Assembly: GCF_006345805.1 (NCBI RefSeq)
Contig: NC_042998.1
Span: forward strand, 81,158,001 to 81,222,000
Direction of reading: 5' to 3'
DNA length: 64,000 nucleotides
From: Octopus sinensis
Taxonomy: Eukaryota
Part shown: piece after piece, positions 27,960 through 39,127 of the stretch
How positions within the stretch are numbered: the first letter of the stretch is position 1
Layout: each line of letters opens with the position of its first letter
Program-made: the position numbers and the translations under genes
The notes under the pieces: model-generated
The model's input: only the letters and a program-made list of their open reading frames with translations
Told to the model about the DNA's origin: nothing
Databases searched by the model: none

Positions 27960-28115
27960 ATTTTCTCTCTCTGCTTATTTTTGTTTCCCTTCCTGTTGAA
28001 GAGCGTAGACTCGAAACGTAAAAGACTTTGTCAGTCCCCGAGCGTTAAACCAGTACATCTGTTTGTTGTTTACACACCCGTCTTCGTCTTTCTTTTGTAA
28101 ATTCCAACCATATAT
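27960..28115 (+). repeat. Penelope-type short repeat with degenerate HHR-like core (27993-28020)
   Basis: CTGTTGA-A-GAG cgtaga CTC-GAAA-CG-T-A. Invariant A6 is changed and helix I is poor. Confidence 0.4.
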
Positions 28116-28116
28116 T

Positions 28117-28173
<57 letters not shown>

Positions 28174-28200
28174 TACATATATATATATACTATATATATA

Positions 28201-28260
<60 letters not shown>

Positions 28261-28279
28261 TATAGCATCATGCTGACTA

Positions 28280-28505
28280 AAGCCTGTCGTATATATGTGT
28301 ATATTTGTGTGTGCGTCTGTGTTTGTATCCCCACCATCGCTTGACAACCTATGTTGCTGTGTTTGCATCCCCGTAACTTAGCGGTTCGGCAAAAGACACC
28401 GATTGAGTAAGTACTAGACTTACAAAGAATAAATCTTGAGATCAGTTTGTTCGACTAAAGGTGCTGCACTAGCATGGCCATAGTCACATGATTGTAACAA
28501 ATAAA
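28280..28505 (+). mobile_element. SINE family A 3' half
   Basis: CTTGACAACC..GTAACTTAGCGGTTCGGCAAAAG..CAGCATGGCC. Confidence 0.8.
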
Positions 28506-28780
28506 AACAATAAAAATGTATGCCATTTGAATCCCGAGCAAATCCTAATATGCCCCGTCATTAGACTATTTTCCTTAGCCATTGCACAGTGACTAAGATA
28601 TAAGCTTATATAAAAATGCCATTATTATTATTTACAGGATTATAAAATACGGCACCATATAACAAAACCATTCGCACCGAAAGCATTCGTTGTTCGAAAA
28701 AAGTTCGTTTTCTATGCTTTTGTTTTTGTTTTCCCTTCTCGTTGTTTTCAACGTTTTTTATGTCTTGTACCCATATATGC

Positions 28781-28811
<31 letters not shown>

Positions 28812-29263
28812 TGTAGGTATGTACATACATGTATGTATAGATATACATGTATGTATGTATGTATGTATGTATGTATGTATGTATACAACATGTGCTCATA
28901 CTTATATTCATACATGCAGACAGTTACAGAGGACTCTATACTCAATTTTATTTATGAAGATCAACTGTCATATTTGTGAGAATTATGAGGACTAAACCTT
29001 CTTATACTCCCTATTAGAGCAACAATATATCTAAATATTCCAGTAACAATAATATATCTAAATATTCCATAACAATAATATATCTAAATATTCCAGATAG
29101 ATTCTTTACGAAAATTGTAACGAGTTTAAATTTATCATAACTTCATACAAATTTCCTTTCGTATTTTATTCATTCCATTAGTAAAACACCAAACAGAGGA
29201 AATGAGATTTTTTTCTTTTTCGTTTTTCTTTTTTATTTTTCTGAATGTCAGAAAGAAATTTAC

Positions 29264-29495
29264 CATAACAGCCGACCTGTACATATTGCAGCGTTTTTTC
29301 GGTATCCTCCAATGATATACAGCACATTGTTAACAACAGCAATTTCGAAGTTGACGACATTAGAAGTTTGTTCCCAGCGCACTGTGTTGAGTGGTTTATA
29401 GGCGATTTGATCAATATCGTTATTCAGGGTCATGTAATGGACGTCTCCCGATCCTGATTTATCGAAAAGATATAAAATGTCTTCCTCTTTGGTGT
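29264..29495 (-). CDS. Internal coding exon of a Kelch-repeat protein
   Basis: Open frame (D)TKEEDILYLFD...FEIAVVNNVLYIIGGYRKNAAICTGRLL, with a Kelch hydrophobic-GG-Y motif. Acceptor TTTCAG, donor GTAAAT, 232 bp, phase 1 to 2. Confidence 0.8.
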
Positions 29496-29586
29496 CTGAA
29501 AGCATAAAAATATATTACATAGAAATATTATATGTATGATATAGATTTTCAAAACGAAATCATGTGATTGCACACACACGCACGCG

Positions 29587-29666
<80 letters not shown>

Positions 29667-29689
29667 TACATAATGTACCCTGCACTTGC

Positions 29690-29872
29690 TTACACTGGTA
29701 CTCCGTCGGTTACGACGATGAGTGTTCCAGTTGAGCCGTTCAGCCGAACAACCTGCTCGTGAAATTAACATGCAAGTGGCTGAGCACTCCACAGACACAG
29801 CACGCCGACGGGAATCGAACTCATGACCTTATGATCGTAAACCGAATATACCTAATCAGTAAGCTACGCACC
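29690..29872 (-). mobile_element. SINE family C, internally deleted
   Basis: Core joined directly to the GGGAATCGAACTCATGACC head. Confidence 0.75.
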
Positions 29873-29966
29873 CTGGCTTTTATACACGCAGACACGGGGA
29901 CCGACACTAACACATACGACACTAACACAAACGAATAAGCTTCTTACTACACAGCCACGCCTGCGC

Positions 29967-30005
<39 letters not shown>

Positions 30006-30171
30006 ATAGTTATCGCCATACTAATATGGCATTCTTATAAAAATAAGAAAAAAGCTGTCCGCTTATTAGCTCCATGAGGCCATCGCCTTAAGTTAGCTAT
30101 TTGATACACAAACTGTATCCATATAACCTTCGAACAAGGGAGGTCAGTCGCTCCACACTACTTGACCGGCA

Positions 30172-30213
30172 GCTACAGACGCGTTTCGGAGTATTGCCCC
30201 TTTTCAATGCAGC
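30172..30213 (-). ncRNA. Variant minimal hammerhead ribozyme (U3-A8 core)
   Basis: Minus strand: GCTGCA-TTGAAAA-GGGG caata CTCC-GAAA-CGCG-T-C-TGTAGC. Confidence 0.8.
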
Positions 30214-30574
30214 GTAGCCAGCCAGTAGGTGTCGCTTCCGACAATCTCTGTTCGATGGTTTTATTTACCTAGTTTCGGTGGAATACATCCACTTGTTTTC
30301 AATAATAGAAATATTAAAATAACTAAGTCTCTCTAAAAGAGAACAGCGGCAGCGTTCCCGGAAAATAATAGTTTTATTTACCTAGTTTCGGTGGAATACA
30401 TCCAGTATGGCGATAACTATTATTTTCCGGGAACGCTGCCGCTGTTCTCTTTTAGAGAGACTTAGTTATTTTAATATTTCTATTATTGAAAACAAGTGGA
30501 TGTATTCCACCAAAACTAGGTAAATAAAACCATCGAACAGAGATTGTCGGAAGCGACACCTACTGGCTGGCTAC

Positions 30575-30616
30575 GCTGCATTGAAAAGGGGCAATAATCC
30601 GAAACGCGTCTGTAGC
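30575..30616 (+). ncRNA. Variant minimal hammerhead ribozyme; predicted cleavage after 30610
   Basis: Same motif. C>A at 30597 weakens the outer pair of helix II. Confidence 0.75.
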
Positions 30617-31144
30617 TGCCGGTCAAGTAGTGTGGAGCGACTGACCTCCCTTGTTCGAAGGTTATATGGATACAGTTTGTGTATCAAATAGCTAACTTAA
30701 GGCGATGGCCTCATGGAGCTAATAAGCGGACAGCTTTTTTCTTATTTTTATAAGAATGCCATATTAGTATGGCGATAACTATTATTTTCCGGGAACGCTG
30801 CCGCTGTTCTCTTTTAGAGAGACTTAGTTATTTTAATATTTCTATTATTGAAAACAAGTGGATGTATTCCACCGAAACTAGGTAAATAAAACCATCGAAC
30901 AGAGATTGTCGGAAGCGACACCTACTGATTTTTCCTTGGATTACGTCGGATTATTTTACGCTGTAAGCTGTTATGTTAGTTCGTTCTGTTCTGGATTTAC
31001 ACGTACAATTTTTGGAGTATTAACTTGTGAAACAAAGTAATTTTCGCCCTTCGGGGTAGAAAATTTCTTTTTATATATGAACTTTAATTCAGTGTGGATT
31101 TGATTTTTATCTTGTCTCTTGTGACAAGTCACTTGCATTTTATT

Positions 31145-32620
31145 ATGGATCTTGACTTAACGTCAAATTCTGATTTTCCCGAGATGGGAGAAGTTATAAA
31201 GCAAAAGGATACAAAGGAGAAACAAAGTTTTTCGGAAGCCGTTGGAGGCAATGTTATAGAACTGGAAGTAACAATGGAGGATCTCTTCAAGTTCAGAAAG
31301 TTCATACAAAGGAATGGAGAAGAAACGAGAATAATACCGCCCCCTGACACCTTACAAGCAATCCGTGAGAAGACGTTAATTATAAGGTATATAATATTAA
31401 GGAAAAAAAGATTGCAGATGTAAGAAATGAATTGGTAGAACGGTGCATGGCACCAATTTGGAACAAGGTTCGCTATGTTGGCCGAGGAGTGAGAAGCGCT
31501 ACTATTGAAGCGCATTTCGAGTCGGCTAGCATAGCGAAGGAATTTCAACTCAAACGTTGAAGAGTGCAGACATCCTGTTGCTGCCCACGTACTTAGGGCG
31601 CAGAACAGCTAAGATAACAATAGAGGATATACCAACAGGTTACGATGTAATGTGTGCAGCAACAGCGGTCGTATTCGACGTAGAAGAGAAATTAAACATT
31701 TTAAACATGAGGATGAAAGAGGCAAAATTTTGGAAAGGTCAGCAGCTTGAAATGATCGTTCAAGCTGACAATGCAACGCTGGAGAGTTTGCCAGACAGGG
31801 TCTTCGTGGGGGATGGACACACTGCGCGGGTATCGGTGGAGGGACGTAGGCCCAGATGTTTCAAATGTGGGCAGAAGGGTCACGTCCGCTCAGAGTGCAA
31901 AAAGAAAAAACCCGTTAATGCCCCCATTCAAACCGCTGTGGAGAACAAAGCAGACATCACAGCAACAACAAAAGAGAATACCCGGAAAAAGCAAAATGAA
32001 AGTCAAAAGGAGGAAAAGAAAATGAATGGAAAACAAAGCGAAAACGAAAACGAGGTGAAAATATTTTATCAAATGGAAAAGAACTGGAAGTAATGGAATA
32101 TACGACTGTAACCAACAAAAGGAAGAAATCCAATACCCCGGACTCCCCACCCCAAACAAAAAGAAAAACAAACGCAGAACAACACAAAAAAATTATCCAA
32201 TCCCACCCCGCTGGCACTACTTTTGTAGGCCAGCATTTCATTAAACCCCAGTCCCCAACTTTAAAAGGATTCAAAAAAACCGATAGGTGCATTGCTTATA
32301 ACACAAAAAACGAGAGAGTAGTTTGGTACATAAAGGCGAAACCAAACATAAAATGTTTCAAATCATCGGAAAAAAACCCGGATTGGAGGTATGCGAAGGT
32401 TGGAGAGGAGGAATGGAAGGAGAGACTCTTCCAACTACACGTGAGGGACAACCTGATTAAAGATGTCACACAAGAGGTGATAGCTGGAAAATTGAATATT
32501 AGCCCGGCAGCCACTCCATCCCAGAGCCCGGTGGCAACGCCGGTTAAATGCCCAGCAACAACGGAGAGTGTGGGGGAAGCAGGCAGACAAAAGCTGCCAT
32601 GCTCCCTCTCACAACCGTAA
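31145..32620 (+). pseudogene. Tx1 ORF1 (gag-like, CX2CX4HX4C zinc knuckle), split by three frameshifts
   Basis: MDLDLTSNS...LLLPTYLGRR...RPRCFKCGQKGHVRSEC. The fragments join by single-base restorations at about 31387, 31545 and 32077. Confidence 0.85.
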
Positions 32621-32644
32621 GTAACAAACTTTCTTCATTCATCG

Positions 32645-35600
32645 ATGATTAAGTTGGGCTGTATAAATGTGCGTGGAATGGGGTCGAAATGGAAACAGGC
32701 TTGCTTGCTGGACGACCTCAGGACACACAGAATAGATGTAGCCATTGTCACCGAGTCCAAGATGAGAGGAACCCAAGCGTTCTCGCATCTTCTCAATGGT
32801 TACGAGAAATTTATTTCTCCTAGCCGAGGAGGAAGTGCAGGCGTGGCAGTCCTTATCAGGAAGAACTTGGACTTACAGGTAAGTACTGTCTTTATGGACC
32901 CAGAAGGTAGGCTGGTTGTCCTCGATGTAACTCACGTAAGTAAGCAGTCCTTCAGGTTGGTAGCTGTTTATGCTCCTAATGAGGGTAGGCAGACTGGTTT
33001 TTATCGGAACTTGGAGCACTTTCTAGTGACGTCTAAAACGGTAGTATTGGTAGGGGATTTCAACACTATCATCGATGCGCGGATAGATAGTGTGGGCTCG
33101 TCTGATAGAAGGGGGAATCCTTGCCTTAAGGGTCTACTGACGAGCTTTAATCTAGTAGATCGGTTTCGAATGGATGAGCCGAGCATTCCACAGTGGACGT
33201 GGAGTAACAATGACGGCTCACGCAGATCGTATATAGATAGGGTATTTGTTAAAGAACGAGATAGGAATAGCATTAGCTGTCCACAATTTTGTATTGTGCC
33301 TTACACGGATCACAAATTAGTGACGTGTGAGGTACATGTAGATAAATGCCATAGACAGGGACCCGGATACTGGAAAATGAACAAGTCTATTTTGGCTTGT
33401 GAAGCTTTCCGTAACCGGATTATGGAATTAGTCCAGAGGGCATTATGTGGAACCATCATTAATAATAGATGGTGGATCGCCCTCAAAAGAGCCATCCGTT
33501 TGGAGTCCATTAGATTTAGCAACCAGCTAAGTTTAGATAGGACTAGAATAGAGGGCGATTTAGTTAAGAACTTAGACGAGGCAATGGGATCTGGCTGTGC
33601 ACCTAGAGTGTTAGCAGAGAGAACGATCTTGTACCGTCACCTCAATGCCAAGCATGAAGGATGTAGAGTCAGAGCTAAGCTACGTGCAGTGAAACGAGAA
33701 GGTATTAATGTTGCCGGATGGGCACGTCGTGTGGAGAGTCAGAAGGGCAAAAAGTCCTCTATTAAGTCTTTAACTGACGAACAGGGACGCAAAATCTATG
33801 GACAGGAGGAGATACAGAAGGTCTTTCAAAAGCATTTCGCTCGGTTGTTTGGGGAGGGCGATCCACTCGAGCGAGGGGAGGACTTACAGAACTTCCTAGC
33901 TGGTGGGCCTCGGCTCTCGCCAAGCAGAGCGGAACGCTGTGAAGGACCGATTACTCCCGCGGAGGTAAGAGGGGTTTTGGCTGAATGCGCCCGGGAAAAG
34001 TCGCCGGGACTGGATGGTCTGCCCTATGAGTTTTATTGTTGTATGCCGGACTTGTTCGGGGACATACTGGCAAGCGTCTACGCAAACTGGCAACAGAATG
34101 GGAGGATTCCCAGTTCTGTGAGCCGGGGAGTTGTGACGCTGATCCAGAAAGACCCGAGCAAGGGGGATAATATTAGTAATTATAGGCCCATAACTCTACT
34201 TAATGTAGAGTTAAAGATTTTGGCCTAGGTGTTAGCAGAAAGGTTGAAGGTCGTCATGGAAAAACTTGTCGGAAAGGCACAGACATGTGCAATCCCAGGC
34301 AGGTCGATCGAAGATAATCTTCACCTTCTACGCTACACTATAGACAGGGTTGGGCAATTAGCCGGCAAAGGAGGGGCATTGGTCCATTTAGACCAAAGTA
34401 AAGCATTTGATAGGGTAGATCATCAGTACCTGGCGACGGTTCTCGAAGCGGCTGGGCTAGGTCCTGACTTTCGCGGGTGGATATCAGCTATGTACAGCGG
34501 TATCAAGTCCACAGTCCAGATAAACGGTTACTTAACGGAACCGTTTTCGATTAAGCGTTCAGTTCGTCAAGGATGTCCCTTGTCCCCTCTCCTGTACGTT
34601 TTGGCTCTTGAGCCATTGCTGCGGAAGTTGGAGACGGTGAGATGCAATCCTAATGAAATCGGATGCGGTAAGTCTGTTTCTGCGTATGCGGATGACGTCA
34701 CCTTCATCGTGTCCAACGAAGCACAACTAACTCGTGTAGAAGGTGCTCTCCGAAGATACGAAGCGGTGGCTGGGGCAAAAGTTAACAAGGACAAGTCCAC
34801 TGGTTTGCGCCTCGGCACCTGGAGGAACAAGCCGATATCGTCCAGTGTTGTTGGACACTGGACAGATGGTCCTGTTAAATTGCTTGGAGTTTGGTTTGGT
34901 TCAGACTCCCAGACGGAGAAAAATTGGAGCGAGGTAGTGACCAAGGTAGAAGCCATAGTTCGGGAGTGGTCCGGAAGGCATCTTTCCTTGAAAGGGAGGG
35001 CGGAGGTGGTACAGGTGTTATAGCATCTGTAATCACCTATCGCCTGACTGTCGTGCCTTGCCCCGATTTGTGGCTAAGCAAGTTGGATCGACTCCTTTTC
35101 CGCTTTTTGTGGAAGGGAGGAAAGCCACTTGTAAGGCGCTCCGTGTGTTGCCAGGAACCACTAAAGGGTGGGCTGGGGATGCCTTGGTTAATGATGCGCA
35201 GGCATGCGCTGAGACTGAGACATCTCTGGTTTCACCTGGAAGGTGATAAGGTGTGGAGTCCGCTGGCAGATAATTTCTTCCCGCAACCGGACTCTATGGA
35301 GAGATTTAAACCCGGTTTCATTAAAAGACGGAACCTGACTTTATGGCAGAAAGAGTGCCGACAGGCACTCTGGCTGATCCACAAGATAGGCAAAGCCGGC
35401 TGCGGGAATACCACCTCGACATTTTATAGAAGGATGGTAGAGGCAAAAAATGACGACGTCCTAAGAGGGGCTCTGGGGTTCGATGAGGATCAACTATCCG
35501 ACCTGTTTAAGAAGACTTTCAAGCCGGGGTATTTGGACAATTACCAAAAATCCCTGACTTGGCAGTGCTATAGGAATGCTCTACCTGTTCGCGATAAGTT

Positions 35601-36020
35601 ATATAGGCATGGAATGTCAGTGCCACCGACATGTCCAAGATGTGGGTTGGACGATGAAACCGTCCAGCACGCTTTTGTACATTGTCAGGAGCTGTCAGGC
35701 TTAATAAGTTACGTAGAACACGTGTTGCCGCATCTGGGACGAGTACAGCTATCGGCTGGTTCTATAATAAAGATGATACCGCCAGCTGGACTCTCAAAGG
35801 AAGGTGAGGCTTGTTTTCACTGTACGGTGGCAGTACTGAAAGAGTGTGTGTGGAGAACTAGATTGGAAGGTTTGGTGTCAGGATCATTGTCTCTGGATAT
35901 GGTATGTTAAAATACTTCAGATACCATCTAAAGAGCAAGATGGATTTAGAGAAGAGGAACCTGACACAGAAAAAGTATGTGAATCGATGGAAGGATGTGA
36001 TAAAAAAAGGCGGGTGTGAG
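32645..36020 (+). pseudogene. Tx1 ORF2: AP endonuclease, reverse transcriptase and C-terminal CCHC
   Basis: INVRG, LVGDFN, SYIDRVF, TDHK, KSPGLDG, YRPITLLN, DQSKAFDRV, VRQGCPLSPLLY, YADD, CPRC..DETVQHAFVHC. In-frame TAG at 34226-34228 and frameshifts near 35018 and 35890. Confidence 0.93.
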
Positions 36021-36277
36021 TAACCCTGCTTGGTCATCATGAAGGGAGAAAATAGTCTCTGGGCTCTTAGGCTGTCGGGTAAGAATCCTGACTGTGATAT
36101 ACCTAGCTGGCCAAAATCATTTTTAATTTTAAAAAAAAGGAGAAAAGTAAAGTCTAGTATCATAATCAATAATCAACATATGTAAATATCAAACGAACAA
36201 CGTAAACTTTTTGTAATTATGTTTTGTATTGTAATGTACTATCTCTGTAAGATTTTTATAATCATAATAAAGATTTA

Positions 36278-36577
36278 GGAAGCGACACCTACTGGCTGGC
36301 TACGCTGCATTGAAAAGGGGCAATACTCCGAAACGCGTCTGTAGCTGCCGGCCAAGTAGTGTGGAGCGACTGACCTCCCTTGTTCGAAGGTTATATGGAT
36401 ACAGTTTGTGTATCAAATAGCTAACTTAAGGCGATGGCCTCATGGAGCTAATAAGCGGACAGCTTTTTTCTTATTTTTATAAGAATGCCATATTAGTATG
36501 GCGATAACTATTATTTTCCGGGAACGCTGCCGCTGTTCTCTTTTAGAGAGACTTAGTTATTTTAATATTTCTATTAT
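36278..36577 (+). repeat. Continuation of the 362-bp HHR tandem array after the Tx1 insertion, ending in (TA)n
   Basis: The sequence resumes in register with the unit. Confidence 0.95.
36304..36345 (+). ncRNA. Variant minimal hammerhead ribozyme; predicted cleavage after 36339
   Basis: GCTGCA-TTGAAAA-GGGG caata CTCC-GAAA-CGCG-TC-TGTAGC with an extended helix I. Confidence 0.8.
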
Positions 36578-36590
36578 ATATTATATATAT

Positions 36591-36621
<31 letters not shown>

Positions 36622-37234
36622 GTATGTATGTGTATGCATGTATGTGTATGTATGTATGTGTGTGTATAGACGTACATACATACTTAGATACATATACATA
36701 TATATTGGTGAGAGTGAGTCTACGCGCATCTGATGTGCGCAAATGTGACTGTGTGACGTATATACGCACATCTGTTCATACTTATTTAATTGTTAATTAA
36801 ACCATTTGTTTCAATGGATCCGAAGATAGACGAACAAGATACGTTCACGATAATAAATGTCGACACTAAAACGGTACACGATTTTACTATAAAACTGATG
36901 TCGGTGTGTTGCGGGAAAATATCCGACATTTTTTTTTGTGACGCAAATCTTTCGTAATATGCCGGATTTTCTTGTCAACCAAATCGTTCATTTGGAGACA
37001 AATGTCTTGCGCTCAAAGACGTCACAACTAGTATATGTCTAATACAATAACAGAACCAATATAATTCGTATGACTAAAATTTACATGATTTTTTTGTGCC
37101 ATTCTAATTTCCTTTCTGAGATTTGCTTTAAAACGAAAGCTAATGTAATATCCTAACACTGTCTTTATCACCAACTCCCCCCAAAAGAAAAAGAACAAAC
37201 ATAATAGTTTTAAGAACATTAGTGAAATTATGTG

Positions 37235-37510
37235 GAGGCAAATGGCGTAGTGGTTAGAATATCCGGTTCCTGAGCGTAGGGTTGTGAGTTCAATATCCGC
37301 TGGGGTTTTCTTGAGCAAGACACTTTATTTCAAGAATAAGTTGTGTCTGTAATTTACAGGCCCAGCCTTGTTACATTCTTTGTCACGCTTAATCGCCTTG
37401 GAAACTATGTTAATTGCATGCGTGCCTATGGTGTGCTCAGCCATTTGCTGGTTAATTACACGAGCGGGGTTTCTGTTGATCCAGTCAGCTGAAACAATCG
37501 TCGTCGTCGC
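37235..37510 (+). mobile_element. SINE family C, decayed
   Basis: GGCGTAGTGGTTAGAA...GTGAGTTCAAT...TTCTTGAGCAAGACACTTTATTTCA. Confidence 0.75.
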
Positions 37511-37904
37511 CGACGGTATGCCCAGTCGACCAGTGTGTAGATTTAGTATTCACTATTTAATTTCGCATTCCGTTATAGTTGAGTGTTTGTGAAAACTTAG
37601 CTGAATGGACAGTTGCCGTACGAGCATTGTGGCTAGAGAGAAATTGTATTTTAGGTTGCAGATACAAAGGTAATGCGATATGTATGTTTTGCAGTTTGCT
37701 TTGCAGATAAAAGCCAGAGACTGCTGGAAGCATAAACATTTATGGCATTTTAATCTGGTCAAATTGTTTATAATGTCTCTTAAAATAATATTGACAGGTA
37801 ATGAAATACATTTTACACATGCAGAATTTAAATGGTTGGTGTCATCTGTAAAGCATGATCCGTTTGAAGCATTTTCTGTTTCAAACGTAGAATAGTGTAA
37901 TTTT

Positions 37905-38090
37905 AAGGTGGCGAGCTGGTAGAAACGTTAGCACGCCGGGCAAAATCTTTAGCGGTTTTCCGTCTGTCTTTATGTTCTGAGTTCGAATTCCGCCGAGATC
38001 GACTTTCCCATTCATCCTTGTACTGGGGTTGATCTAATCGACAGGCCACCTCCCCCAAAATATCGGGCTTTGTGCTCCGAGTAGAAAGAG
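37905..38090 (+). mobile_element. SINE family B
   Basis: GGTGGCGAGCTGGTAGAAACGTTAGCACGCCGGGC head. Confidence 0.85.
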
Positions 38091-38798
38091 ATTGTAATTT
38101 TACCCTTCTTGCTATCACAGTCATTTTCAAATTTTGAGGTGTCATATTTAACTATAGACTATGAATGTAAGGTTAAGGAATTGTACTAATAACTACTGAT
38201 TATTCATTAGTACAGTCAGTGTACACATTTTATACCAAGTGTTGTAAATTTTATACTGTATTGTATGACATTTGATATGTCGTGACTTCATTCGTGTTGT
38301 CACTCTAATCACTTCATTTGGCTATCAGCATGTGAACGACATTTATACATTTATTTTCATCAATCACTGGCCCCTTTACTGGCTCCTATCAAATGTCAAC
38401 CGTTAAAACTTATTCACATATTCGCTATTTTCAGACACCATGGAATTTGGTAGTGTTTTTAACGTTGCTATAAATACATAACACATTGACACGCTTAGAA
38501 ATGGCTTTTTTTTATTCGTAATATTTTTAAAGAATATTTGTCTGGATACAATTAGCAGAAACAGCAGCATCTACTGTGCGAGATGGCTGACATTATTTTA
38601 TTCTTTTATATGTTTCAGTCATTTAACTGCGGCCATGCTTGAGCACCGCCTTTAATCGAACAAATCGACCCCAGGATTTATACTTTATAAGACTAGTACT
38701 TATTCTATCGGTCTCTTTTGCCGAACGACAATGTTACGAGGACGTAAACATACCAACATCGGCTGTCATCTTTGGTGGGGACAAACACAGACACACAC

Positions 38799-38841
<43 letters not shown>

Positions 38842-39127
38842 CGACGGGCTTCTTTCAATTTCCGTTTACCAAATCCACTCACAAGGCTTTGGTCGGCCTG
38901 AGGCTATAGTAGAAGACACTTGACCAAGGTGCCACGCAGTGGAACTGAACCCGGAACCATGTGGTTGGTGAGCAAGCTACTTCATTTCAAAAAATTTTGC
39001 CATAAAGGCATGATACAGAGTAGCTTTCTGGCTGGACAGAAACACTGATGAGATGAATGATGAAATAAAATGATATTAATGGGAGAAGACAAAAAACACC
39101 CGCCGATTTTTTGCTTCGTTAAAGCAG

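Larger units (their letters stand above)
30003..30927. repeat. 362-bp HHR-bearing tandem repeat: one inverted unit (30003-30372) plus 1.45 plus-strand units (30404-30927)
   Basis: AGTATGGCGATAACT at 30404 and 30766 gives a period of 362. Copies differ at only about 3 positions. No ORF of 60 aa or more. Confidence 0.95.
30928..36277 (+). mobile_element. Full-length Tx1-clade (L1 superfamily) LINE, 5350 bp, 17-bp TSD GGAAGCGACACCTACTG (30911-30927 and 36278-36294)
   Basis: ORF1 with a CCHC knuckle, ORF2 with APE-RT-CCHC, AATAAA just before the 3' end, and a perfect TSD matching the uninterrupted unit at 30549-30565. Confidence 0.92.

Noticed and set aside
28990-29100. Three 29-bp tandem copies of CAATAATATATCTAAATATTCC
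   Set aside because: An ordinary AT-rich minisatellite with no sign of function.
30003-36577. Reading the 362-bp repeats as LTRs of the RT element, or as a CRISPR-like array
   Set aside because: The RT is APE-type non-LTR, the 17-bp TSD shows insertion into a pre-existing tandem array, and there are no spacers.
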